A stretch of DNA of 64,000 nucleotides from Anthoceros angustus (Eukaryota > Plantae > Anthocerotophyta): contig MU008197.1 in NCBI GenBank assembly GCA_010909165.1, forward strand, positions 486,602 through 550,601, written 5' to 3'. Made by a program: the position numbers and the translations under genes. The notes under the pieces are model-generated. The model did not search any database, had not been told where the DNA came from, and saw nothing but the letters and a program-made list of their open reading frames with translations. How positions within the stretch are numbered: position 1 is the stretch's first letter; the number at the start of each line of letters is the position of its first letter. Positions 50,201 to 61,788 of this stretch are shown piece after piece.

Positions 50201-52110
50201 GCAATAGGAAGATAGTATTGCATCAAAGGTGCCAATCATGGCTTTTCGGCCGGTCACCTTTGGGCCATCAAAGCACGCAGATATGTTTGCACCAAAGCTC
50301 GGGGGGCTTCATGGCGATATCTCGTTTTTACCGCTTCTGTGTCAGAATGCGACATAACATAGTCGGCGTCTGGGATGTGGGTCTCATCACCATCTGAAAT
50401 TGGCCACAACCATGGCTTGGAGTTGGCATCCTTCATGTCATACCGGCTCCCAAGGGTGTCACTCTTTCCGGTAAATACACTCCAAAATGCCTTTGCATTG
50501 TTCACCACCATCATCACATCTAAGCCGTAACTTATGTAAACGCCTCGAGGTATGGTAAACTGAGGATGAGTGAGACGCGAGTGACCCCCATGCCTTTGTG
50601 TTGCGCCTTCTTGTGCACCAGCCAGCTGAGGTCCATCTCGCGACGACGGGCCCATTGTGCGGGGCATGGGGGGCCCGGTCTCCACGGTGCTATCAAGGCA
50701 TCTCGCCAATGCGCGACGGGATCGCCGAGGTCGAGCACCATCTCCGAGCACCCGCAGATAGCATCTTGTCCAATTGTTGTGACCATCGGGCTTGTAATTG
50801 AACCCCACACGATACATGCGGCATGACCTCGAACCCGCCAAGCAAGTTTCCCATACCCGGATAATCACATGTGGCAAACAATAGACCAGCCCGCAGGTGA
50901 AAACCGCCCGGATCACACCTTGGTTTGGAGAAGTCCTCGATGGCACACCTATCCACACTTTAATTCTTCTAGCAACAACGCCCATATTCGCACTCGCTTT
51001 GGGCTGGAATAATCATGGACATAATGACTGTTCTTGTTGCAAATCCATGGTGGCATGTTGTGGATAACCAACAACACGGCCAAATCGACTTCCGCCGAGC
51101 GATGACCAAGGGTTAAGGCCGCCGGTGCATATGGCCGATGTTCCCGCCTCCGTACCAAAATTATCTTGCGCGGCTGCCCAAGCCGAGTGTCGAAGGATGC
51201 GGAGCTTCCGCCTTGACTTACGCGCAAACCAGACATATCCACGCTGGTAGGGCACCTAAACATTCGACGAGACGCCCACCAATGGGAAGTAATAAAAGGA
51301 TTGTGGCACTATGTGGCGGCCAACCCGGGCTTGTTGCGCGCTGGCCACACGGCCGCATTGGAGATCACCGCAGCTTCCACCCAGAGATTCTGCGTCGTTG
51401 ATGCATGAGGGATGCGCACCTTCCTTTGATGTGCAACAAGATCTTCCTGCCGTGACTGGGAGGGTGTTCGGATGTGGCAAAAGCATCGCTCACAATGTGG
51501 AAGATGGCCGTTCCGCTATCCGATATGTTGAATCGTCCCGCACATTGAGGAGTGCAATAGTTGCGGACAAACGGGTTTGGTCGCATGGCCCTTGAATGTA
51601 GAAGAGAGGGCTACCGCCGCCCGCAGAGCATCGTGCACCGTCTGGATGGACTCCATGAACCGCATGTCGCATTGACACCCCATCATCTTGTTCACATTTC
51701 AATCCGGATGGGATTGGCTAGTGTGTAGGACGTTGCCTCGCCGTTAGTTGACACTGCCTCATCCACCGCCTTCTTCTTCATGGAGAGGCGGAGTGATGCC
51801 TCCTTGTCCAGGCGTTCCAAGTAATAATCGGACGCGACCAAACATGTGCCAAAGTGCGATGCTCGAAAGCATATGAAGCAAGCTCTTCCGACCAGCAATT
51901 GCGCAAGCAAAAGACATCACCTCTGCGTGCTAACATATCCCAAAAGCGGACATGACGGAGAGAAATGTCCGCCCGTATTTGATGGCGAGGCGAGCACCGG
52001 ACATGGGCAATACAATGGTGGATCCCATCACGGGGCGGAGGGGCCATATCCTCCATATCGCGAACACACAATGTGCGAGCGGTGGCAACCGACGGCGGCA
52101 ACACATGGGG
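47300..52110 (-). mobile_element. CACTA/EnSpm TnpD (Transposase_21-type) transposase, heavily frameshifted
   Basis: Motifs in the expected order: YFPLVG, NMPPWICNKNSHY (cf. NLPPWLCMK), FHLRAGLLFATCDYPGMGNL (cf. F.LRAAL.WT..DFP..GNL), LDVM...N, GKSDT..SRYDM. Termini were not identified. Confidence 0.8.
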
Positions 52111-52624
52111 GTTTGAAGGCCACCGCCGCGGCGAACGCGCTTCTTTCTAAACGCTCACCGGAATCGCCCAAATGTCCGTTGCACACGGGCTACCTACATG
52201 ATTGGGGAGACACACTCCATCTTTCACGCCTAAGCACGGCTAACGGTATGGGCCTGCGGTGTGATGCACAAAATCTGGTTGGTAGTGTGAAAGGGTGGTT
52301 ACTTTGCCCGATCACTCGATGGTCCAAATGACACCATGCTTAATTGGGGTTTTCCGGTAGAAAGAACGCACATCTCCACACATCCTTTCCACTTTGAGTT
52401 AAAGCTTACGCTGCGCTCAAGACTTTCACGCCCAAACTGCGTATGCGGACGCAAGCGAACATCGACGTATTCCTCCCCGCCTCCCTTCTTCACATCGCCG
52501 GTTTCGCGCTCGCGCAATGGCTAGCCCGCCTCGCCAGCCAAGAGGTGTCCGGGAGGCCGATGGAGCTACCCACGACATTATCGGAAGCCTCCCCACCACG
52601 ACGGGGCGGAGGTAGTGAGTCCCC

Positions 52625-53543
52625 GTGGTGCGAGGCCGAGGAGACAACGCTGGCAAACACAAACCAAGGAGGCGCGATCGCCATATGGATTTGGGAGGCC
52701 TCCGCCCTTCCTTATGGGGACTATGTGCAGTATCGGCAGTGGTGGACGCCGAGATCCCTAGGGTGGAAGGGATCGGGCTGGGTGTTGGAGGTGGCGGAGC
52801 CATCCGCGACACGATGTGCCGGTTCAATTCAACCCGCCTGCACAGAGGATGGGGGCCAACCCATCGCGCGGAGCATATGCACGAGAAGGAGGTGGTGGTG
52901 GGTTGGAAGACTGGGCCTATGGAAGAGGCGGAGCTTGGGTCATTCGTGGCGGCCGTGGTGGAGGCATGCACGACTTCTAGATGGTGGTGGAGGTGTCTAC
53001 CCGCTAGCAAGATGTTTTTAGTCCTTTCCTCCTCGGCCACAAGTTGTCGTGATCGACTTAGACCCACCCTTTACGAGAGGTATGCCGAGGAATGGGCGAA
53101 GGTGCCATCGATATCGGAGCGAACCTGCTATGAGCTCCGAAGTCGATTTCTGCTACGTAGCACGAAGGAGTATTATGGCCCGGTCAATTGGCCCTCCATG
53201 GGACAAGCGGAGGATCCTCTTGACAGCCTCCGTATGCTGGAAATTGTCCGCCCCTCGCAAGCATGGGGACAATGAAGATTGTGTCATATGGCGATGAGGT
53301 GCCAACTTTCATCATCTCGCAGTGCTTCCGCTCATCTACAACCAGACAGAGTGCTTTTATGCTATACCTGACTTCATCCCGAACGACGAAGGGGCTTTCG
53401 TTTTGATGGCTTGCGATGTGGTTGTCCTTGCCAACCGTGTCGGCGGAAGGAAGGGAGCGGCACGATGCCAAGGCTATGTTTTTGTGTTTGACCTCCATTG
53501 TCCTGTAGTGGTTGTCGGCGTACACGCCCAAACGCGGGCCTAG
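52625..53543 (+). pseudogene. Unknown ORF oriented divergently from the CACTA transposase
   Basis: A 216-aa ORF followed by a 73-aa ORF with protein-like composition (LYERYAEEWAKV; GYVFVFDLH). No domain recognised. Confidence 0.3.
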
Positions 53544-54799
53544 ATGAAGATGGCGTGTCGATGCCAGCCCTGGCCAAGTGTGGCACTTCCCATTTCAATT
53601 TTGAGCACACTATCCTCATGGAGCAAAGGCATAGCAATTTTGTGACTTGGATTGCTTGCTATGTGCTTTTGTCGGCATGTTGTTTGAAGATTATGCGCCA
53701 TAGGCTACCTTTGTGTTTTCACGACATATAAAGATTTGAAGCATGGGCCCGTGTTCCTGACCGATCCAAGCAACCGGAATATGGCATGATCAGCCGCCTC
53801 AAAGGACAAGTCGATGGAAGATCTGGGACGGCCATGCCAAAACGCTTCTATACGAACCATACTGACATAAAGGGAACCGCCGGGCCGCTCTGCTCACGCA
53901 GTGCATCCATCCCGGATTCGAAAGCCTCCAACCCGCCAGGTATGATACGTGCGCTAGTGGTTATCGAATGTCAATGCCGGTTTGCATATGATTTATCCCA
54001 AAGACATGACACGTGGTTTGCATATGATTTAACCTTAGCCATGAACCAAGGAAACGCCGAGAAGCCGGCAGACGGGACGCCCACTGGCCCATGTCTTCTC
54101 AGCGGCACCTGATGATGGCGGCTCGCCCACCAATACCGCCATGATGCGCGATAGCTCCGTGGAGGGAGAGGGCAAGCTGTGGTTGCGCTGAAGCGAGGCT
54201 CCAGCACTTCGGATGATCCTCGGATGAACAAACCTTGCAAAGTTCTGCGTAGAAGGCTTATTGCTCCATGTCTGGAAGATTGACGACGAATCGTGCAGAT
54301 ACCCACCAAACCTTGAACGGCAAAGCGCGCCAGCCCTCATGCACACTTCGAAAGACGCAGGACTGCCACCCCGAATACCGGATGGCGAGGTCATGACCCC
54401 GCTTTTCCTTGCACGTAATGACGGTCATATATCCGACATTACCAATGCTCGCAACCACCTCGCGGACACATCTAGTGGTTACCCCATTCGCCCCATAAAC
54501 GGACTACGCTAATGATGCCGACATAAGGCCACCGCCATATTCCGCCTGCTTTGTAGTAGGTAGCTTTGGATGCAGATGGAATCGTAGGCCTTTTTAGCAT
54601 GTTAGAGTGGCACATCCACGCTCCTCGTAGCATAGAGGATACATGGCTTGGGGTCAGTGGCCCGGTCCACCCACCGCTTCACACGAGAATCGTGGCTAGG
54701 TGTGGGGCCCACATGATTAGACTCCTCGGTGGCATGACCATGTAGTCCATACCTCACAACCTCGCCATATGATATGTATATACCTTTGTATGCCACCCA

Positions 54800-55880
54800 A
54801 GAATCGAAATACGCTTAGACCCAACAAGGCAACTGGCCATGCCAAACCCAACAAGGGTTACCGGCCTGCATACATAGGGTGTAAAAGTGTAAAACATATG
54901 TTTAATAACCGACACACAAAATGCAAGCAAGACGGATTGAGACGGAATCTCCTTGGTGTAGAGGGTCGATCCGACCACCACCGAACCAAACCCGTCGACC
55001 TAACTCAACCCACATAGCTTGTCCATGTGTACATTTCAACCTTCTTCAACAAATTTCGTAGCCACGGCGAACGTGCCACAAGCACAAGAAGATCGGCACA
55101 TCCTATGACCACACCTCCCTTAAAGCACCTATCTTTGCAAAGACAATCATCGACCAAGAATGTAGATGGCAGCCAACTGAGTCGATCAAGAACTTCATGC
55201 GAAAGAAGTAAGCCATGGAACTAAAGCTCTTGTGGTCGCTCGTGTGAGAGCCTATGCAACTAGTATTCCATCGTCACGAACACCATGACAAGAAATAGCT
55301 GGTACTTATATTTGTTTACTCCAAAAGTGGAGTCCATAGCAAGTAAAACTATTGTGTCCGTGTTGCATGTAAATCTCCAACATGAAGGATGTTTGCAAGC
55401 CTAGGCAAAATGCTCTCCTCCACAAACCTATGAAACACATACCGCATGTAATTGCATCCACATCCCTACACTAAGGTTATCGTCCTCATAATACCTCCAC
55501 CATTCTTCTCCACCTCCCTAGTTATATTGGAGATATCATCATGTGTTGTCCCTTACCTTCACATAGGGGCCTCATGGATTGATAAAATGAGGGCAACATT
55601 TAGCTACAATAAAAGTGGATGACGCCGCAAAATCTCATCAATGACACGAAAATGTAAACCATATCTCACCCAAGCTTTCTCTCGACAAATGTGGAGCTCT
55701 AATATCTCGAACTATGCCTCGTAAGATAGACCATGACAAACTATACCGACATCAACATGTCTACTCATAGAGCAAGATCCAACGATGGCCACAAATATAG
55801 CCTTTTCATAGTAAAACTAGCATGACACCCATGTTTGATGCCTCTCCACCGCCAGCGGACCGCCTTTTGTTAGGGAGAGG
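54800..55880 (-). mobile_element. Mutator-like (MULE) transposase remnant
   Basis: Hand translation across frameshifts gives IKHGCHASFTMKRLYLWP, RAPHLSRE, EDDNLSVGMW, LAMDSTFGVNKYKYQLFLVMVF (first catalytic D, ~55335), WLPSTFLVDD (second D) and IFLCLWHVRR (CxxH motif, ~55075). Confidence 0.85.
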
Positions 55881-57097
55881 AGGATTGAACAACATTGCAT
55901 GGTAGAATGGTAATCCTCAGTTCAGAACCACACCAAGATCTCGATCAAGCGACACATGAGAAACCTTTGAATCTAGAAGTCATGGTAAGTGGAAAAAGCG
56001 CTATGCATGAAACCTTGTCAACTCATATCAAAACTACAAAGCACACCATTATGTTCATCTCGAGAGCTACAAAATGGTATATAGCCCGACAAGATTAATA
56101 GGACTAGAGAAAGGAATCAGCGTGAAAGCCATGTTATATCAAAATATAGTAAGAAAACGTTTGAAGTTAGTATCTTGCGTAAACCTTTCGGAATTCAACA
56201 AAAAGGCATCGTTAGAATTGTCTCGAAGACGAATAGTTTGGTGTATGACTTGTCAAGATTCAAAACTACTTGGAGAAAGTTTTGAACTATGAAAGACAGC
56301 GCTTGAAGACACAATGATCCATGAGAAGCAAAAGGACATCAAGCAATTGCAAAACCAAAACCAAACAAATTGACTACCAAGATCGATGAACCTTTTGGTG
56401 ATTGGTTTGTGAAAACGGCTCGGACCTTTGTCCAGACTCTTGCAAAATTGGTTGGTGCTCCACGTAGCTATTCATTCCGCCAACGAAATCTTGCACACGC
56501 CCAAGGAATGTATGCAACTCGGCCTCCTTCACACGGAATCAAGAATGCTTGCGTAATTCGCCATGAAAGGTGGCAATCTCAAAACAATTCAGTCAGGCAC
56601 TTCAATGGAAAAGGACAATCCCTTGGCAAGTCAACTTCCACCATCTCGCTTAACCTCGCTCATGTAGCGGCGAAGCTTGCCGAGCCGCCATCACTAATAA
56701 TCCATATTCATTTGACACATTATGAGCTAACCAAATTAAATTTTCACCATTCTAGTTATGTTAAATTCAAAAGACAAAAATGCTGCTCAAACGGAGCCTA
56801 TGCCCAGTGGAGCCGGTGGCGGTGAATTTGTGCCCAATGGAGCAGGTCACGGTGAATTGGTGGACCATATAGACGATCTCTACGGATGTACCATATAGAC
56901 GATCTCTATACGGATGGCAATGTGAGAGACATCACCATGAAGTACACTAATGTCAGCGGGCCCCGCAGCTGGCCACCTGAATTTTCAGGCTAGGCCCCGC
57001 CACAACCCGCAACCCCGGACTACCCTTCTCACCCCCAACCTCCCGATCCAGCGTCCTGACCCGACTGCGTGCGCTTGAGGAGACCGCATCTACGCTC

Positions 57098-57256
57098 GCC
57101 TCAACGCTCCCGCTCAACACTGCCGCACCCATACCCGCCTCACCGTTCCCCCTCAACACTGCCGCACTCATGCCCGCCTCACCGCTCCCGCTCAAAACTG
57201 CCGCACCCATGCCCGCCTCACCGCTCCTGTTCAAGCTTGCCGCACCCACGCCCGCT
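57098..57256. repeat. 39-bp minisatellite, 4 units
   Basis: Unit approximately GCCTCACCGCTCCCGCTCAACACTGCCGCACCCATGCCC. It appears as a 13-aa repeat in ORF 56953..57303. Confidence 0.9.
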
Positions 57257-57842
57257 TGGAGCCGGTTTTTGGTGCCCACGACGCGCGTCTCCCGCCCTAG
57301 CATCCGCCCCGCATAGCTGAGTCCCGGTAATACTCTGTGAAGGCCGATAAGCAGGCGGATGGTGAAGCTAAACTAATGAAACGCATGGCCGGTGAGCCTC
57401 ACTTGCTGGACCGGACCACTGCGTACATGCTGATAAGCAGTTCCTGTACAGATACAAGAACTGCTCTTCGGGATCTGGTGGTCTTTCCAGCCTGGTCTTC
57501 ACGACCAGCTTTTCGGTGTGCAAGGAAACCTTACATGTACATATGTAGCTCTCAAACCAGCGGCACCTGTTTTTGTAGTCACACGTACAACACCCTCCAC
57601 ATCACATGCCTGCACCAGGGACTGCAAATCCTGCAAGTTGCCAGATTCCTACTGCCAGTTAAGACTCTTAAGAGGTATGACAGACAATAACATTCTTGGA
57701 CCTACATGGCAATAAGAGGAATGTAAGTTGTGATAAGAGTTACTGAGTCACTCCAGTTATCACGTGACAAACGTGAATGAAACCCACAACAAATTGGTCC
57801 TTCATCGTCGGATGTGAAGCATTCAATCCAGCGCTGTTCGCG

Positions 57843-59988
57843 ATGGATCGTGATGGAAACGCTGAATTTGTCCCTTCAGCCGCACTCCTAGGCTGCGGGA
57901 TCTTTGCCCGAGATGCCTACGTGCCGATCATCAAAACTCTGCATTGAGTGAGCCTCGTGCTGACTAGTATCTGGAGCCGGTCGCAGGTGGGCAATTGCTG
58001 ACTGTCGGAGTTTTCTTGTTCACTGCATTGCAATAGATCGGATTGCATTGCATTGCTTTAACTTGGCTTTGATTGGTGTATGAGGGAGAAGGTGAAAGCT
58101 TTGCTAATCTCTTGTTGATCAGCGTTCAGCAGAGCGACTGCTAGAGACAGAGAGAGACTTTGCTCCAGAGGCGGAAGCAAAATGGGGAGAGGATGGGTTG
58201 CAGGAAATACTTTCCTCTCGCCAGGTTCACTGCTGCTTGGTGGTGCTGCCCGTGAAGTTGCAGGTAAAATGAATTCTTCTTTCGATTGAAGTGACACTGC
58301 ACTTGGTGTGACAACACAGGACAGGTAAGCTTGTATGTGGGCATCTCATGCTGGAAGTCTGTTTCTCATTCAGCCTGCCATTGTGTTGCGAGCACTTGGA
58401 GCAGGCAAGCACGTTCTGCAAGGTATGAGCTGGCATGATGCAGGAAGCCTGTGCCCATTTCTTTTGCCTTCTTCATGTTGATTGCTGTTTCTGCTTGTTC
58501 TGTTTTGCAGAGAAGCCTGTTGCGGAAAGTAAGTTGTACGGGTTTGAATCTTTGTTGTGAAGAAACAGGGATGTGAAAGCTTAAACCACTGTGCTCATCA
58601 GTCCTGACTGACTCTGCTTCAAGAGCAGATTTTACTGAGGATTTGAGACATGGCTAAGCTACAAGACACTGTCGGAGCAGGTTGGCCAAAGTCCCATATG
58701 GGCGGTTGGAGAAAACTTTAGGTTTGAAACCGCATTCCATGAGGTGGAGCTTTCAGCTGGCAGCGCAGATATTGTGTTTCTGTGGACTGCTACAGTGAAT
58801 GATGCTTATTGACTGACAGGCTGGGAAGATCGTAAAGAGCCTTGGGACCATGGTGGTAGTTGAGGTTATTGTAGAGGTTCAGATGCTGAGCTCTAACAAG
58901 TACTTCGACAGCCAGTGGCGCCGAGATCTGAAGGTGACCAGTCTTGTACGGTGGATGATGTTAAGAGCATGCCATGGCTTTGCAAAATTTTCTGACCCTA
59001 CTTCGGTACGTCTGGTCGTGCAGGGCGGTTTCATAATCGACTGCGGGGTGCACTTGGCAGGCCTCCGGTTGGTAGGGGAGATTTGCAAATGAATTCGAAG
59101 AGCTCTTCTGCTTTGTTCTGTACAACGTGGTTGATCAGGAACTCTTAGGCTTGACATCTGGTTGTTTCTTGCGAGATGCCTCGGCTTCGCAGATGACAGA
59201 CAGCAGTCTGGTAGCAGTTCGAGGCCTCGCCACCCATAGAAACAAACAGTTACCGGCTCCGGATACTCACTGCAGTTTTGTAAGTGATTTGTTCACTGGG
59301 CAGCATTCCTAACTTTGTGCCTCCTTTTTCCAGCCAGGATTGATGCTGGAGGTATGGGCTTCTGCAGAGAGTTTCAGAATGGCTGCTCTGGAGTCATGGT
59401 GATAGCGTACGCCTCGTCAAGGTACTAAAACCTTCAAATTGCTGCAACATGTATTGGTTGTATAAGCATGTTGCTAACTTATTTGCCTGTAGGCTATCAT
59501 GAGTGTGCGCAAGGACAGTGGAAGTGGAGCGTGCAAAACTCGAAGGCAACTTTGGGTACACGGTATAGCAGTGGTTTGTCCATGTTTTATTTTTTACGAA
59601 AACAATCACGTTCAATCATTTACAATTGCCAGGTGACCACGATCCCTCTCCAAGGAAGCTCTCAATCCAATTTCTTCCCCTTCGTTGGGATAGAAGAAGA
59701 AATCAAGTCTTTCGCCGCTGACGTGAAGAGAAGTATATCTGTAAGCATCTTCCTCTAACAAGCTCTCGTTTGTCCTACAAGTGTATATCCGTAAGGATCT
59801 TCAGCAGGCTTTCTTTTTCTCTACAAGCACAAGTGCCTCTGACACTGTGTTCCTGCATAAGTTGCCGTCCAAACGTCTGATTCAGGAGCTCTCCTCAAGA
59901 AGCATTACGAGATCTGGGAATCATTGAAGCTGCACTCAGCTCTAACGGAAAAACAGTACAAATCGGTGATCCACAAGTGAAGGTGTGA
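57843..59988 (+). pseudogene. Gfo/Idh/MocA-family NAD(P)-dependent oxidoreductase, about 12 exons, with an in-frame stop and frameshifts (pseudogene or assembly errors)
   Basis: Exons: 57843-57986 (ALLGCGIFARDAYVP...IWSRSQ), 58123-58263 (KWGEDGLQEIL...VVLP), 58374-58422 (AGKHVLQ), 58511-58528 (EKPVA), 58629-58743 (PIWAVGENFRFE), 58820-58933 (YFDSQWRR), 59024-59071 (GGFIIDCGVH), 59193-59279. Later exons give NGCSG, GTVEVER, FPFVGIEEEIKSF and EALRDLGIIEAAL, with the stop at 59988. Confidence 0.88.
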
Positions 59989-61788
59989 ACGATAGTCGCA
60001 CTGTTAGCAGAAGGAGTGCCTAATCCATGCTTGAAAGATGCCCTCAACGAGGGCTTGGTGATGAATTCCTGAACCTTTATACAAGTTTGCAAGAGGTGGG
60101 CGGAGTTGCATGTAGGGAGGAAGCGAGTATGAATGATGGGGAGAGACATCCCTACACAAGGGAAAGACGGGTAGGAAGGGTACCTATAGATATAGAGCAT
60201 GGCACTCCCTACCAAAGGGAAGTGCACCTTACGAGGGGTAGGTATAGGGTGGTAGCTGGCCCTACAAGAATGGAGGGGCTCCCTACATGGACAGTTTAAG
60301 CAGCGTAGAGTGTCAAAAGCTAGCCCTACATAGATGAGGCGTAGGATGACACTTCAGCTAATTTTTTTTTAATTCTGTGTGCTCACATCGTAATAAGAGG
60401 TAATAAGAGGAGAGTTGTTCTCTGTAGAAGTACTGATCTCACCCCACTATGGCATGTGACAAACTATGGCACAATGCGGAGAGGACGGGTTGCGAGACAT
60501 ACCTGTTCCAGAAGCGTGCGATTCTCGAATTTATTCATGTATTCAGTTTTGCTGATTCCAGAAAATATTATTATTGATTCAAGAATTATATTTAAATGTC
60601 GTATCTTCCCGTGTCGTTGAATTCATTATAAGCATGGTGTGTGCCTCTTCTCGAGAGTGGCAAGCCATGAAGGAAAAGGCCTAAAACGCACATGGCCCCA
60701 TAATAGCGGGCAGCCTAAGTGTCAAACCTGTACATAAGCATGCCATATAGTTCCGCATATCAATACGAGGTTGCATGTGCATCACATTACCGGTTCACGT
60801 TTGTAATGAAGCGTGCTTAATCGATTTACTCCGGCTCGTGATAGTATATCTTATGCATGAAAGATATTCGCACACAATGACCACACAAAAATGCAAGCGG
60901 TTGAAAGAAGTTGGTGCAACCTGCTTGTCTCCTGCATGTAAGGGAGACAAGAGGGTTGCAAGAAGCTGCACCTGCCTTCGTAAACAAGGTTTCGGTTGCT
61001 CCAATTGTTGCTTAAGTCTCCACGCTGCAGAGGGTTGGTCCGGTCAGATTGCTCCACTTCCGCTTGACCAACAAGTTTCTTCACAAGCCCGGTGAGGAGG
61101 CGATGCTTCTTCTACTTGCAGCTACTCTTGTTCCACACAAGGTTCCAATCACATAGGGCTCCCCAACCATTGCCGGGTGGCACCAAAATATGGCCAATCG
61201 TAAGGATTATAGTCTCCGAGAGGACGAAACTAGGCATCGAATAAGTATTTGTGAAACCATACCAAACCAAGTAGCATGAACAACAAGAGCAACCACAACA
61301 ACGAAGAGAGAGAATAAGCCATCTCGAGACGAAAGAGAAAGGAAACCTGAAACCTATTTAAGGAAGGCGCAAGCTTCCTTACAACCAATTTGCTCACGCG
61401 CATTTTTGTGTTCTCATAAGTTTATCGCTTAAGTATGCACGCTTAATTAAAAACGTTAATTGCAATTATAAACATGAGCAGTGGTGCTCCACTATGGAAT
61501 ATCGATCCGTCACGCGACATCCATATTTTTTAGGGTTTTGACAGAAGAAGAGTCTACCGCATATGGCGGAACTATTTCGATGTCATGCATGACCACATTT
61601 GGGGCTGCGGCCTCCGGTGTCCCGATGTAGTCAACCTACCCCATGATGCACGAAAAGATTTCATGATACATGAAACTTTTCTTCTCTCGGGTTTAGGGTT
61701 GCGTTAGGTGGTCTTCGCAATATGCCATCTTTGGTCACGCGACATCCACAATTTGTTAGGTTGTCAACGGTTATAATGCGCATATAGC

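Noticed and set aside
47300-52300. Many short plus-strand ORFs
   Set aside because: Antisense shadows of the frameshifted CACTA transposase.
46850-57000. CACTA or MULE terminal inverted repeats
   Set aside because: No convincing CACTA...TAGTG pair with a 3-bp TSD and no long TIR pair found by eye, so element boundaries are left undefined.
56953-57303. 116-aa ORF with 13-aa repeats
   Set aside because: Explained by the 39-bp minisatellite, with no other coding evidence.
57945-57947. In-frame TGA as selenocysteine or an RNA-editing site
   Set aside because: It is not at a catalytic Cys-like position, the same gene has frameshifts too, land plants lack Sec machinery, and U-to-C editing is organellar.
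61689-61700. GGGTTTAGGGTT telomere-like motif
   Set aside because: Fewer than two units; at most a telo-box.
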